Source of the DNA: an uncultured delta proteobacterium
GTDB lineage: Bacteria > Desulfobacterota > RBG-13-43-22
Reading direction: 5' to 3'
Length of the DNA stretch: 64,000 bases
Assembly: GCA_963711835.1 (NCBI GenBank)
Contig: CAVQFQ010000019.1
Coordinates: forward strand, 16,880 to 80,879
Shown here: positions 1 to 9,126 of the stretch, one piece after another
Position numbering within the stretch: position 1 is the stretch's first letter
Layout: every line of letters begins with the position of its first letter
The notes under the pieces: generated by a model
Told to the model about the DNA's origin: nothing
The model's input: the letters and a program-made list of their open reading frames with translations, nothing else
Databases searched by the model: none
Made by a program: the position numbers and the translations under genes

Positions 1-1092
1 GGCCGCAGGATAGACATTGACTCCCTTGATGATGAGCATATCATCGGCCCGACCGATCACCTTGATCCGTCTCCCCGGAAAGCCGCATCCCGGACACTCT
101 TTCAAAAAGACCTGGACAATATCCCCGTAGGCATACTTGACCACAGGGCAGGCTTCCCGCTGGAGGTTGGTCTGAACCATTTCCCCGACGGCTCCGTCCA
201 CATCCGCATCCACCGGCTTCTTGGTCACCGGGTCCACCAGATCATCGAAGCTGGTACAGACATCCGGGGCAATGGCATGCAGGCCGTAATAGGGTTCCGC
301 ATCACAGGAGATGGCCGGCGCATTCCCGCAGGGGGCCCAGTAATCATAGAATCTGCATCCATAGGCGGATTCCAGCTTTCTCTTTATTTCGGGAATGGCG
401 ATGCCCACTTCACCCGTGGTGAGCACTCCTTTATATCGGAAATCTTCAACCTGGCGGCCCAATAGCTCGGGGGTCTTCTTGATGAGATACTCGGCCAGGG
501 AGGGTGTGCAGGCCATGTAGGTCGGGCGGGTCAGGCCGATGAACTTGGTGAAGAGATCGGTCCCGGCCCTGGCGTCAATATCGATGGGGAGGGCGCCCAA
601 GGTCCTGAGTCCCCAGAGGGTCATCGTCGTCGCATAGATCCCCAGGGCAAAGAAAAACGCCACCCGGTCTCCTTTTCCCACGCCCGCCAGGGCAAGCCGG
701 TGCCCGATCCGGGGGGCCAGGAATTTCATGTCGTTTTCCGTAAAGGTGTAACTGAAGGTGGGCATTCCCGTGGTACCTGAGGTAGTTCCAGTCAGATAGA
801 GATTCTCCAACGGGGCGCACAGGTGTAATCCGAAGGGATGACCATATTTCTCCAGGGACTCTTCGGCACTCCTTCTTTCGTCATCCTTGACCATGAAGAC
901 GGGGAGCTTTCGCAGATCCTCTATGGTTCGAATATCCTCGGGCTTGGCTCCACAGTCGTCGAATTTCTTTTTATAGAAATCGGAATTTTCGTAGCAGTAG
1001 GTCAGCTGTTTAGACAGTCTTGCTTCCTGGTGCTTTCGAATTTCCTCCTGAGACATGTGTTCCAGTTCACCCCTGTAGAAAAATTTCTTCAT
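1..1092 (-). CDS. Phenylacetate-CoA ligase-like adenylate-forming enzyme (PaaK / coenzyme F390 synthetase family), 3' end cut by window edge
   Basis: Minus-strand frame is open from ATG (1092-1090) to position 1. It is absent from the ORF track because no stop lies in the window. Own translation MKKFFYRGELEHMSQEEIRKHQEARLSKQL...YLTGTTSGTTGMPTFSY...RADDMLIIKGVNVYPAA shows the PaaK-type TSGTTG loop and the IIKGVNVYP motif. Confidence 0.8.
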   Translation of the reverse strand, partial: MKKFFYRGELEHMSQEEIRKHQEARLSKQLTYCYENSDFYKKKFDDCGAKPEDIRTIEDLRKLPVFMVKDDERRSAEESLEKYGHPFGLHLCAPLENLYLTGTTSGTTGMPTFSYTFTENDMKFLAPRIGHRLALAGVGKGDRVAFFFALGIYATTMTLWGLRTLGALPIDIDARAGTDLFTKFIGLTRPTYMACTPSLAEYLIKKTPELLGRQVEDFRYKGVLTTGEVGIAIPEIKRKLESAYGCRFYDYWAPCGNAPAISCDAEPYYGLHAIAPDVCTSFDDLVDPVTKKPVDADVDGAVGEMVQTNLQREACPVVKYAYGDIVQVFLKECPGCGFPGRRIKVIGRADDMLIIKGVNVYPAA

Positions 1093-1354
1093 AATTTCCT
1101 TCTCCTTCCAAATTCGGCACTATTTTAAAAGTTTATAGGCCCGGCCATTGAGGGGGATAGATGGGGATGGCCTTGCTGGCGGTACTATAGAGAATTTTAT
1201 TTTGATTGGCAACCTCCTTGCGCGCCCCAGGGAATCATGTGAATCCGAGCGGTTTCGCCTAAGGCGCGTATCCGCTATTTTTGCAGTTGAGGCCGGTCTC
1301 CGGCATGATTTTGGGTGAAGGGGTCGCAGAAAAAATCGGCCAGGCACTTTTCCA

Positions 1355-1382
1355 TTGACTTTTTCAAATGAGCATTTAAAAT
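1355..1382 (+). promoter_or_regulatory. Candidate sigma70 promoter TTGACT-N16-TAAAAT overlapping an imperfect palindrome TCAAATG-AG-CATTTAA (1364-1379), a plausible TetR operator
   Basis: Hexamers and palindrome (6/7 complementary) read directly, about 45 nt upstream of the TetR start. Confidence 0.4.
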
Positions 1383-1426
1383 AATAATTTGATGGAAATA
1401 GAGGAGATCATGGTTTAGAGGCTAAG

Positions 1427-2128
1427 ATGAAGACCCCAAAAAAAGGTACTGCAAAGACCTACCATAGTCTTCTGGCTGCAGCAACCGAGGTTTTTGCGGA
1501 CAAAGGCTACCGGGATGCAACCATTGCGGAAATATGCGAACGAGCCCGGGCAAACGTGGCGGCGGTAAATTACCACTTTGATGATAAAGAAACGCTTTAC
1601 CGGGAAGCGTGGCGGCATTCTTTTTTCGAATCCGTGAAAGCCCATCCCCCGGATGGCGATGTAGGTAAGGACGCACCACCCGAAGAACGTCTGCGGGGAC
1701 GGGTGCTGGCCCTTTTGCATCGGATTGCCGACGAGAACAACAAAGAATTTTTGTTTATACAGAAGGAAATTGCCAACCCGACAGGGCTGTTGGAGGAGGT
1801 CTGGCGAGAAGTACTGCGGCCCCTGCGCAAGGAGATGGAGTCCCTGGTTCGGGAGCTGCTTGGCTCGCAAGTCTCGGACAGGCAGGTACATTTCTGCGAG
1901 ATAAGCAGCATAAGCCAATGTCTTAATCCGATGCTTATGAAAAGAGGGCCGGCAGGAAGGAACAAAGACAAAGACGGTTTTCACGAAATCGACGATATGG
2001 AAGCCTATGCGAAACACGTTGTGAAATTCTCGCTGGCCGGGATCCGCGCTATTCGCGAGGAAGCTGAGGACAAGGGAAAGGTGTTCAAAAAGCGACGAGG
2101 AAGCGAAGAGGCCGTTAAACGGGATTAG
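1427..2128 (+). CDS. TetR/AcrR family transcriptional regulator
   Basis: 233 aa. N-terminal HTH region LLAAATEVFADKGYRDATIAEICERARANVAAVNYHF is typical of TetR. It lies directly upstream of the efflux genes. Confidence 0.85.
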   Translation: MKTPKKGTAKTYHSLLAAATEVFADKGYRDATIAEICERARANVAAVNYHFDDKETLYREAWRHSFFESVKAHPPDGDVGKDAPPEERLRGRVLALLHRIADENNKEFLFIQKEIANPTGLLEEVWREVLRPLRKEMESLVRELLGSQVSDRQVHFCEISSISQCLNPMLMKRGPAGRNKDKDGFHEIDDMEAYAKHVVKFSLAGIRAIREEAEDKGKVFKKRRGSEEAVKRD

Positions 2129-2131
2129 CTT

Positions 2132-3586
2132 ATGAATTTTCAGAAAAAAACGACCGTGATTCGCTATAAATCATGGCTCGCCGTGGTGTTCGCCTTTGTG
2201 ATCCTCACCGGGTGCGCTACTGTGGGGCCTGATTATGTCCCACCCAAGAAATCTGTGTCCAAGGACTGGCACACCCAACTCAAGGGTGGCCTGACCACTG
2301 GAGAGATGGATCCCCAGACCTTGGCCGCGTGGTGGACGACGCTCAATGATTCAGAACTTTCCAGTCTGATCGATCGCGCGGTCTTGGGTAACCTCGATCT
2401 GAAGAAGGCTTTAGCGCGAGTTCGTGAGGCGCGCGCCCGCCGGGGTATGGCCAAGGCTGATCTCTTTCCCACTCTCGACGCCACGGGTTCTGCCACGTGG
2501 AGCCGTAGTAGCAAAGATACGGGGACAGGCAAGACCAGTGACCTTTACGCGGCGAGTTTTGATGCCGGATGGGAGCTGGATATTTTTGGCGGCGTTCGTC
2601 GCTCCCTGGAAGCAGCAGGTGCGGATTTACAGGCCAGCCAGGAGGACTTACGCGATGTGCTCGTCTCCCTACTCGCAGAAGTGGCGTTGAACTACGTCGA
2701 GGTGCGCACCTTTCAGGCTCGACTTGCCGTGGCAGAAACGAACCTGGAGGCCCAAACCGAGACCTACCAGTTGACCCTGTGGCGGTATGAGGCGGGTTTG
2801 AGCGACGAACTGGCGGTGCAGCAGGCCCGCTACAACCTTGAAAGCACCCGTTCTCAGATACCGACCCTGCGTACCGGGCTGGAAGAGGCCATGAACCGCA
2901 TTGCCGTGCTTCTGGGAGAACAACCGGGGAAGGTTCATGCGGAACTGGAGAAACGAGAGCCCATCCCGGTCACGCCTCTGGAAGTGGCGGTGGGTGTGCC
3001 GGCTGACGTCCTGCGACGCCGGCCCGACGTACGCCGGGCCGAACGCGAACTGGCGGCGCAGACAGCGAGGATCGGTGTGGCTACGGCGGATCTCTACCCC
3101 AAGTTCACGCTGAGCGGCTCCATCGGCCTGGAAGCCCTTTCGTTGAGCAACCTGTCCTCTGCCGGCAGCTGGACCTTAAGCGGCGGCCCTAAAGTCACCT
3201 GGGCGATTTTCAAAGCCGGAGCTATCCGCCAAAACATAGAGGTGCAGTCAGCACTTCAGGAACAGTACCTGATCGCCTATGAAGCCGCTGTGCTCAGTGC
3301 CTTGGAGGAGGTTGAAAACGCACTCGTGGCCTATGCAAAAGAACAACAACGGAGACAGTCATTGAGCGAGGCGACAGAAGCGGCCCAAAAGGCGGTAGAG
3401 CTGGCACAGCACAAGTACCAGGCAGGTCTGACGGATTTCAGCAATGTCCTAGATGCGCAGCGTTCGCTCTTGTCCTTCCAGGACCAACTGGCCCAAAGCG
3501 ACGGGACCGTAACCTCTAACCTGGTCCGTCTATACAAGGCCGTGGGTGGTGGATGGACTTCCCTGGCCCCCAATGATAACAAATAA
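2132..3586 (+). CDS. Efflux transporter outer membrane factor lipoprotein, NodT family
   Basis: 484 aa with lipobox LTGC (Cys28). OEP-type repeats carry DLFPTL, WELDIFGG and ADLYPKFTLSG, and the C-terminus has LVRLYKAVGGGW, typical of NodT/OprM-like proteins. Confidence 0.9.
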   Translation: MNFQKKTTVIRYKSWLAVVFAFVILTGCATVGPDYVPPKKSVSKDWHTQLKGGLTTGEMDPQTLAAWWTTLNDSELSSLIDRAVLGNLDLKKALARVREARARRGMAKADLFPTLDATGSATWSRSSKDTGTGKTSDLYAASFDAGWELDIFGGVRRSLEAAGADLQASQEDLRDVLVSLLAEVALNYVEVRTFQARLAVAETNLEAQTETYQLTLWRYEAGLSDELAVQQARYNLESTRSQIPTLRTGLEEAMNRIAVLLGEQPGKVHAELEKREPIPVTPLEVAVGVPADVLRRRPDVRRAERELAAQTARIGVATADLYPKFTLSGSIGLEALSLSNLSSAGSWTLSGGPKVTWAIFKAGAIRQNIEVQSALQEQYLIAYEAAVLSALEEVENALVAYAKEQQRRQSLSEATEAAQKAVELAQHKYQAGLTDFSNVLDAQRSLLSFQDQLAQSDGTVTSNLVRLYKAVGGGWTSLAPNDNK

Positions 3587-3607
3587 TTTTTAACATAGAG
3601 AGAAGAG

Positions 3608-4920
3608 ATGAAATCAAAGATTAATCCAGAATCGGATGTTGCTCAAACCTTGGAAATTGATCAATCTTCGGGCCGCCGAAAGGGTCTGAGGCAATGGCTC
3701 ATTGTGGCCTTCCTAGTGGCAGCCGCTGTGACAACTGTTGTGATCTGATAAGAGAATGGAAAATTCCAATTCGGTGCAGTACAAAACCCAGGAGGCGGTG
3801 CGCGGAAATCTGACGGTCATCGTCACGGCCACAGGCACCCTGCAGCCAACCAATAAGGTCGACGTGGGCAGCGAGTTGTCCGGTATTATCAAGACGGTCG
3901 AAGTGGACCACAACGGCAGGGTGAAGGTCGGCCAGGTCCTGGCCAGGCTGGACACCTCGAAACTCGAGGCCCAGGTAACCCAATCCAGGGCCGCCCTGGA
4001 ATCAGCAAAGGGCAAGCTCTTGCAGACGCAGGCGACTCTCAAGGAGACCCGCAGCAAACTCGGACAGCTTCAAAAGGTACGGGAACTGAGCAAGAACAAG
4101 GTTCCTTCACAGTCTGAGCTCCATGCGGCAGAGGCGGCGTTCGAACGGGCAAGGGCTGATGAAGCCAGCGCCAAGGCTGCGGTCTCCCAGGCCCGGGCCA
4201 CGCTCGAAGCCAAGGAGACGGACCTGTCCAAAACGGTCATCCGTTCGCCGATCAATGGAATCGTTCTCACCCGCAGCGTGGAGCCCGGCCAGACCGTGGC
4301 CGCTTCCTTCCAGGCCCCGGTACTCTTCACCCTGGCCGAGGACTTGACCCAGATGGAACTGAACGTGGATGTGGACGAAGCCGATGTGGGCAGAGTGCGG
4401 GAAGGCCAGAAAGCCACGTTCAGGGTCGATGCCTATCCGAATCGAACTTTCGAGGCACGGATCACCCAGGCCCGTTATGGTTCGTCAACGACCGTCAGGG
4501 GTAGTGACCTACGAAACCGTGCTGAAAGGTCAACAATTCGGATTTGTCCCTGCGACCGGGAATGACGGCCACGGCGGACATCACGGTCAAGAAGGTCGAA
4601 AACGCCGTCCTGATACCCCAAGCGGCCTGACGGTTTACACCGCCGGTGCAGGAAAGGAAAAGAAACCTTCCGGCGGGCTCTGGTCGGCTCTCTGCTTCCG
4701 CGTCCGCCCAGCCTTCGGCGTCAAAACAAGGCGAGGATGCAACCGCCAGCAAAAAGCAACAGACGCGTCTGGATCCTTAAAGGACGGGCAAGCCTCTCGC
4801 CCTTTCCATCTCCATCGGATCGACCGATGGGACCATGACCGAAGTGACGGCCGGGGAAATCAAACCGGGATGGCGCTGGTGGTTGATACCGATCAAGGCG
4901 GGGCAAATGAACATGAGTAG
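3608..4920 (+). pseudogene. macA: MacA-like periplasmic adaptor (HlyD/RND-MFP family), disrupted by multiple frameshifts and an in-frame TGA
   Basis: The N-terminal TM piece (3608-3754) ends in TGATAA. The body (3756 onward; GNLTVIVTATGTLQPTNKVDVGSELSGII) is in another frame. VVTYETVLK, VNNSDLSLRPGMTATADITVKKVENAVLIP, RRVWILK, PLALSISIGSTDGTMTEVTAGEIKPG and MALVVDTDQ each sit in different frames. Confidence 0.8.
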
Positions 4921-6531
4921 CCTCCAGGCAAATGGCATCAATCGGAGATCCCTGATCGATCTTTCAAGGGGTGTCGAAAGTCTATGGCAGGGCCAGGCGG
5001 CCATGGAGGCCTTGCGCGGCATTGATCTTTCGCATCGGGAAGGGGAATTCGTGGCGATCATGGGGCCGAGCGGTTCGGGCAAGTCCACTTGCATGAACAT
5101 TCTGGGATGTCTGGATACGCCGACGGCCGGGAACCTATCGATTCAAGGGCATCGAAGTCGGCAGGCTGATCCGCAACCAGCGGGCGCTGCTGCGTCGCCA
5201 TTTTACCTTGGATTTGTCTTCCAGGGCTATAACCTGCTGAGCCGCACCTCGGCCCTGGAAAACGTGGAACTGCCCCTGATCTATCGCGGGAGTCCCCGCC
5301 GGCGAACGGCGAGCACGGGCCGTTCAGGCGCTGGAGATTGTGGGTCTTGAACGGATGGGAATCCCATACACCCGGCGAACTCTCGGGCGGTCAGCAGCAG
5401 CGGGTGGCCATCGCCCGGGCCATCGTCACCAAGCCGGCTGTATTACTGGCCGACGAACCCACGGGCAATCTGGATACGGCCCGAAGCCGGGAAATCATGG
5501 AAGTGCTAGCTGGCCTTGAACCACAACCAGGGGATTACCATCGTCATGGTCACCCACGAATCGGATATGGCGGCTTATGCCGGCGCGTACCATCCGTTTT
5601 CTGGACGGCCGGGTCGAGTCGGATCGAGCGAAACGGGAGGGCGTCCTGATGCTTTGGAACACCATTCTTTTGTCCCTGCGTGAAATCAAACGTAATGTCC
5701 TGCGCTCGGTTTTGACCATCCTGGGTATTGTCATCGGGGTGGCGGCGGTCATTGTCATGGTCACCATCGGCGGCGGGGCCACGGTCCAGGTGACCGAGCA
5801 GATTGCCAGCCTGGGCAGCAATCATGTTGATGGTCAGCCCGGGAAAACGGATGGGGCCGGGCCAGTCTTCACGGCCAGCGCCCCTGTTCAAGCTGAAGAC
5901 GGCGAGGCCATCGGCAGGAATGATCGGCTCGGCGGCGGCTGTGGCCCCCGTCGTCTTCCCAAGCATCCATGACCGCCATATTCGGCAATGAAAACTGGTC
6001 GACCACCGGTCACCGGAACGGACAATCAATTCTTCAAGATGGGGAACCGAGTCATCAAAACCGGACGGCCTTTTCAGCGAAAGCGAGCTGCGCGCCGGGG
6101 CGGCTGCCTGCATCATAGGAGAGACGGTGCGTAAGAAACTGTTCGGCGGGCAGGAGCCCCTGGGGGGGAAGATCCGTCTCCAAAAACTTTCCTGTGAGGT
6201 GATCGGTCTGCTGGAAGCCAAGGGGCAGAGCTCTATGGGCATGGATCAGGACGATCTGGTGGTGATTCCCCTCAGGACACTTATCAAAGGCGTATTTCCG
6301 GAAATCAGGACATCGCTCTCATCGGGGTTTCGGTCCGGGAAGGGGTGTCGACGGACAAGGTCCAGAGAGGATATCGAACGGTTGATGCGGGAACGGCGTC
6401 ATATCGCGGCCAACAAGGACGATGATTTCAACGGTCATGGACATGAAAGAGATCGCCAATATGCTGACCGGAACCACGCGGGTGCTCACGGCCCTGCTGG
6501 GGCGGGGCTCTCCCTCTCTGATCCCGTTTGA
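4907..6531 (+). pseudogene. macB: MacB-like ABC transporter (ATPase fused to FtsX permease), multiply frameshifted and 3' truncated
   Basis: Walker [50 protein letters not shown], signature [48 protein letters not shown], the first TM helix LRSVLTILGIVIGVAAVIVMV and the periplasmic domain are spread over all three frames. The sequence stops after TRVLTALLG, with no C-terminal TM helices. Confidence 0.8.
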
Positions 6532-6739
6532 TAACTTGCAGAAATTCTGGTATAAGGAAACATTCGACCCGATTAGGGCCTAAACCGGCGATAGGGGTCC
6601 ATTAAAGGATGTGGTTCGTTGAATAACCTTGGAAAAAACTTTTCTATGCCTGACCTTTCTCTATCCGATAGTCAGTCCAGGATCCCGATAAAAAAATGGG
6701 CTGTACGGGTGTGACGCTGCCATCTGAGAGGCCGTTTTA

Positions 6740-7345
6740 ATGGGCGGGTTCTTTATGCTCAGGCTCGGTCTGGGCTTTATGCGCCGGGTAAGCGGAGGGC
6801 AGGGGCGGCTCTTAAAAGCGGTTGGTCCCGGTCTGCTTTTTAGTCTGGTTAGGGCGGGTAACCGCCATTTCCGGAAGGCCTTTGCCGCCACCCCCTTTTC
6901 CAAGCGTTTGCTTTTTCTCCCCCTCTGTCTTCGCCCCCCGGATTGTCAGGCCTTTCTGGATCCTGGGCTCGGCTACATCTGCCGGGAATATTGTCCGGAC
7001 TGTGAGCTGGGGAAATTGCGGCGGGATGCACTTGACCTTGGCTACGGCGGGGTCTATGTGGTACCAAGTTCCCGGATGATCCTTCAGGAAGGGGTCATCC
7101 CCAGCGATCAATTCATGTTGGAGAAGGTGAAACAGCATGACCCGACCGCGGTCCTGGGGGTGACCTGTCTCTGGTATGTCCGCCACCGCCTGCTGGAAAA
7201 ATATACCCTTGGACGCAACGGGTATACTTCAGGCTCGGGACATCCCCATTCGGTAGTGCAGGGTGTGCTGCTGGAAAACAGGAACTGCCGGAAGGCCGCG
7301 GTGGACTGGGGTTTGGTCCGGGAACGCCTGTACCTCCGGTCGTAA
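6740..7345 (+). CDS. DUF116 family protein (Cys-rich, conserved hypothetical)
   Basis: 201 aa. RLLFLPLCLRPPDC...CREYCPDCELGK and the later VLGVTCLWYV resemble DUF116 proteins as I remember them. Confidence 0.55.
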   Translation: MGGFFMLRLGLGFMRRVSGGQGRLLKAVGPGLLFSLVRAGNRHFRKAFAATPFSKRLLFLPLCLRPPDCQAFLDPGLGYICREYCPDCELGKLRRDALDLGYGGVYVVPSSRMILQEGVIPSDQFMLEKVKQHDPTAVLGVTCLWYVRHRLLEKYTLGRNGYTSGSGHPHSVVQGVLLENRNCRKAAVDWGLVRERLYLRS

Positions 7346-7352
7346 CAAGGCA

Positions 7353-7402
7353 CCCTGGACGCCTCGGATCTGCAAGCAACGAAACTTTTCAACCATCGAG
7401 GT
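7353..7402 (-). repeat. Fragment homologous to the 5' part of element F (30684-30735), inverted
   Basis: The reverse complement reads ACCTCGATGGTTGAAAAGTTTCGTTGCTTGCAGATCCGAGGCGTCCAGGGTG. Element F reads ACCTCGATGTTGCAAAAGTTTCGGAAGTTGCAGATCCGAGGCGTCCAGGGCG. Confidence 0.75.
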
Positions 7403-7404
7403 TA

Positions 7405-7710
7405 CCCTTATTAAGGGTCTTACAATAATATTTACCAACAGGGACCGGGGGGTCTTCTTTTCTGGGGTTGTCCAAAGGGTAACTCATCGCCCTATCCCGG
7501 CCCGGACGGCTAAGTAGGTTAGGTGCAGGGCATTCACTCAAGTCCGTTTCGGGCATTAGCGTAGGCCTGTCTCTGAATTAGATTCAAATTTTGGCCCGGT
7601 AAAGAAGCTTTGGGCTTGAAGGTGGACAACCCAGAAAAGAAGACCCCCCGGTCCCATTTAATGCAAGCTCCTCAATTTCATGTTAAGACTATGATGAGAC
7701 CCTTAATAAG
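7405..7710 (-). repeat. Palindromic structured element, copy A (core 7441-7655), inverted relative to copies B-E
   Basis: Core arms are GGGACCGGGGGGTCTTCTTTTCTGGGGTTGTCC and GGACAACCCAGAAAAGAAGACCCCCCGGTCCC. Outer stem is CTTATTAAGGGTCT (7407-7420) with AGACCCTTAATAAG (7697-7710). The interior shares GAATGCCC, GGGCCGG and CCCTTTGGACAA blocks with the other copies. Confidence 0.75.
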
Positions 7711-7736
7711 TCAAAAAAAGGTCTTTCAGGAGCGCT

Positions 7737-8201
7737 ATGTTTTCCATAACCGAAATTATTGAACTCGCTGTTCAGATTGAAAAAAACGGGGAAAAATCGT
7801 ATCGAAGGGCCCAGCAGGCGGCCTCCGATGACGCCTTGAAGGCCATGCTCGGGCTACTGGCCGAGGAGGAAGGGGACCACCAGCAGTGGTTCAGGGATCT
7901 AAAGAACCGGATTATCAGCAAAGCCGTTGATCCCGACCTGGAAGAGATGGCCAGGGGATTATTTCAAGGCATTCTGGGGGAAAAGGCTTTTGCCCTGGAC
8001 GAGTTGAATCCGGCTGATCTTTCCGATCTAACGGCCCTGTTGCAGATATCGGCCGAGTTCGAAAAAGATACGGTTCTTTTTTATGAGATGCTGGAGCCGT
8101 TCATAGAAGAGGCTGAGAGCAGGGATCATCTAAAAGCTATTATTGAGGAAGAGAAAGGCCATATTAGAAGGCTTCAGGAACGCATAAAAAACCTGCCCTG
8201 A
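7737..8201 (+). CDS. Ferritin-like / rubrerythrin-family four-helix-bundle protein
   Basis: 154 aa. Paired E..E..H style motifs (AVQIEKNGEKSY, LAEEEGDHQQWF, SAEFEKDTVLFY, IEEEKGHIRRL) are typical of the rubrerythrin/ferritin-like diiron fold. Confidence 0.7.
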   Translation: MFSITEIIELAVQIEKNGEKSYRRAQQAASDDALKAMLGLLAEEEGDHQQWFRDLKNRIISKAVDPDLEEMARGLFQGILGEKAFALDELNPADLSDLTALLQISAEFEKDTVLFYEMLEPFIEEAESRDHLKAIIEEEKGHIRRLQERIKNLP

Positions 8202-8486
8202 GACCGAAATCCTCCCGCGGGAAAGATCGAGGGGGGTACCCTAAAGAAAAATAGAGAAAATTATTCTCATAATAAGAAATCCTTTTCCTTTTTGTGGGAA
8301 ATCGGAAGGCTGAAAAAAACTTTTTTTTTCTTCAAGGAAACCGAAAGACGCCTTCCTGATAAAATGATCTGAAAATCTTAAGAGTTACAAAGGTTAGGGT
8401 CAAGCCCGGCCGTCTATGAGGTTAGGGTATAATATTTGCAATTGTTTTATTGAATTAGGTTAAGATCTTCAAAAAAAATCCTTTTC

Positions 8487-8515
8487 TTGACAATCAGGGT
8501 TGTATTTTTTATAAA
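8487..8515 (+). promoter_or_regulatory. Near-consensus sigma70 promoter TTGACA-N17-TATAAA
   Basis: Read directly in the AT-rich gap, about 95 nt upstream of the 8612 ORF. Confidence 0.5.
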
Positions 8516-8611
8516 GTGGAGAAAGAGGTTTTAAGAAGAGGTATGAGATGAGAGAGTTAACGCTTCATTCTTACCAACTTACCAAGACGGGGTAGCTAAA
8601 GGACATGGCCG

Positions 8612-8860
8612 ATGATGTACTTGAATGGGAAACTCTATAAAAACTTAGGCCCCTACCAATTGTTGAAAGACAGCGTTTTTTGGGAGGATTGTATTGTGTA
8701 CGGCGACTATGTCCTCGAGAAAGTGGCCGAAGGAGAGCGAAGAAAGGCCGATCGCAGAAAAGTGGGAGGGCAGTGGCAAGGGGGCGATCGTCGGAAATGG
8801 GACCGGAGGATCGAATATCAGGCTGCCCAACTAAGGCCGGTAGCCGCTGCCTTACTATAA
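8612..8860 (+). CDS. Hypothetical small protein with repeated DRRK motifs
   Basis: 82-aa ORF downstream of the consensus promoter. C-terminal half is ERRKADRRKVGGQWQGGDRRKWDRR. No family recognised. Confidence 0.3.
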   Translation: MMYLNGKLYKNLGPYQLLKDSVFWEDCIVYGDYVLEKVAEGERRKADRRKVGGQWQGGDRRKWDRRIEYQAAQLRPVAAALL

Positions 8861-9126
8861 TAAAAGGCCTCTTAGTCCAGAGAACCAGAAACGATGTGTC
8901 GCCTCATCATTATCCTCTTGCCGCTTGTTTTTTCCTAACCCGTTACTCTAAAGCCTGATCACCTGATCCCGGTTTGCCTCAAGGAAGCCCCATTATAAAA
9001 AACTACCCCTCCATTGATCAGATTTCCCGACAGGGTAAGCAGAGGGTTCCGGAGGCGGGGAATCCATCGTCTTCCCCATGCGGTCCAAATCCGACTACCC
9101 TAGCCCGATCCGCGCCTGCCCGAATC

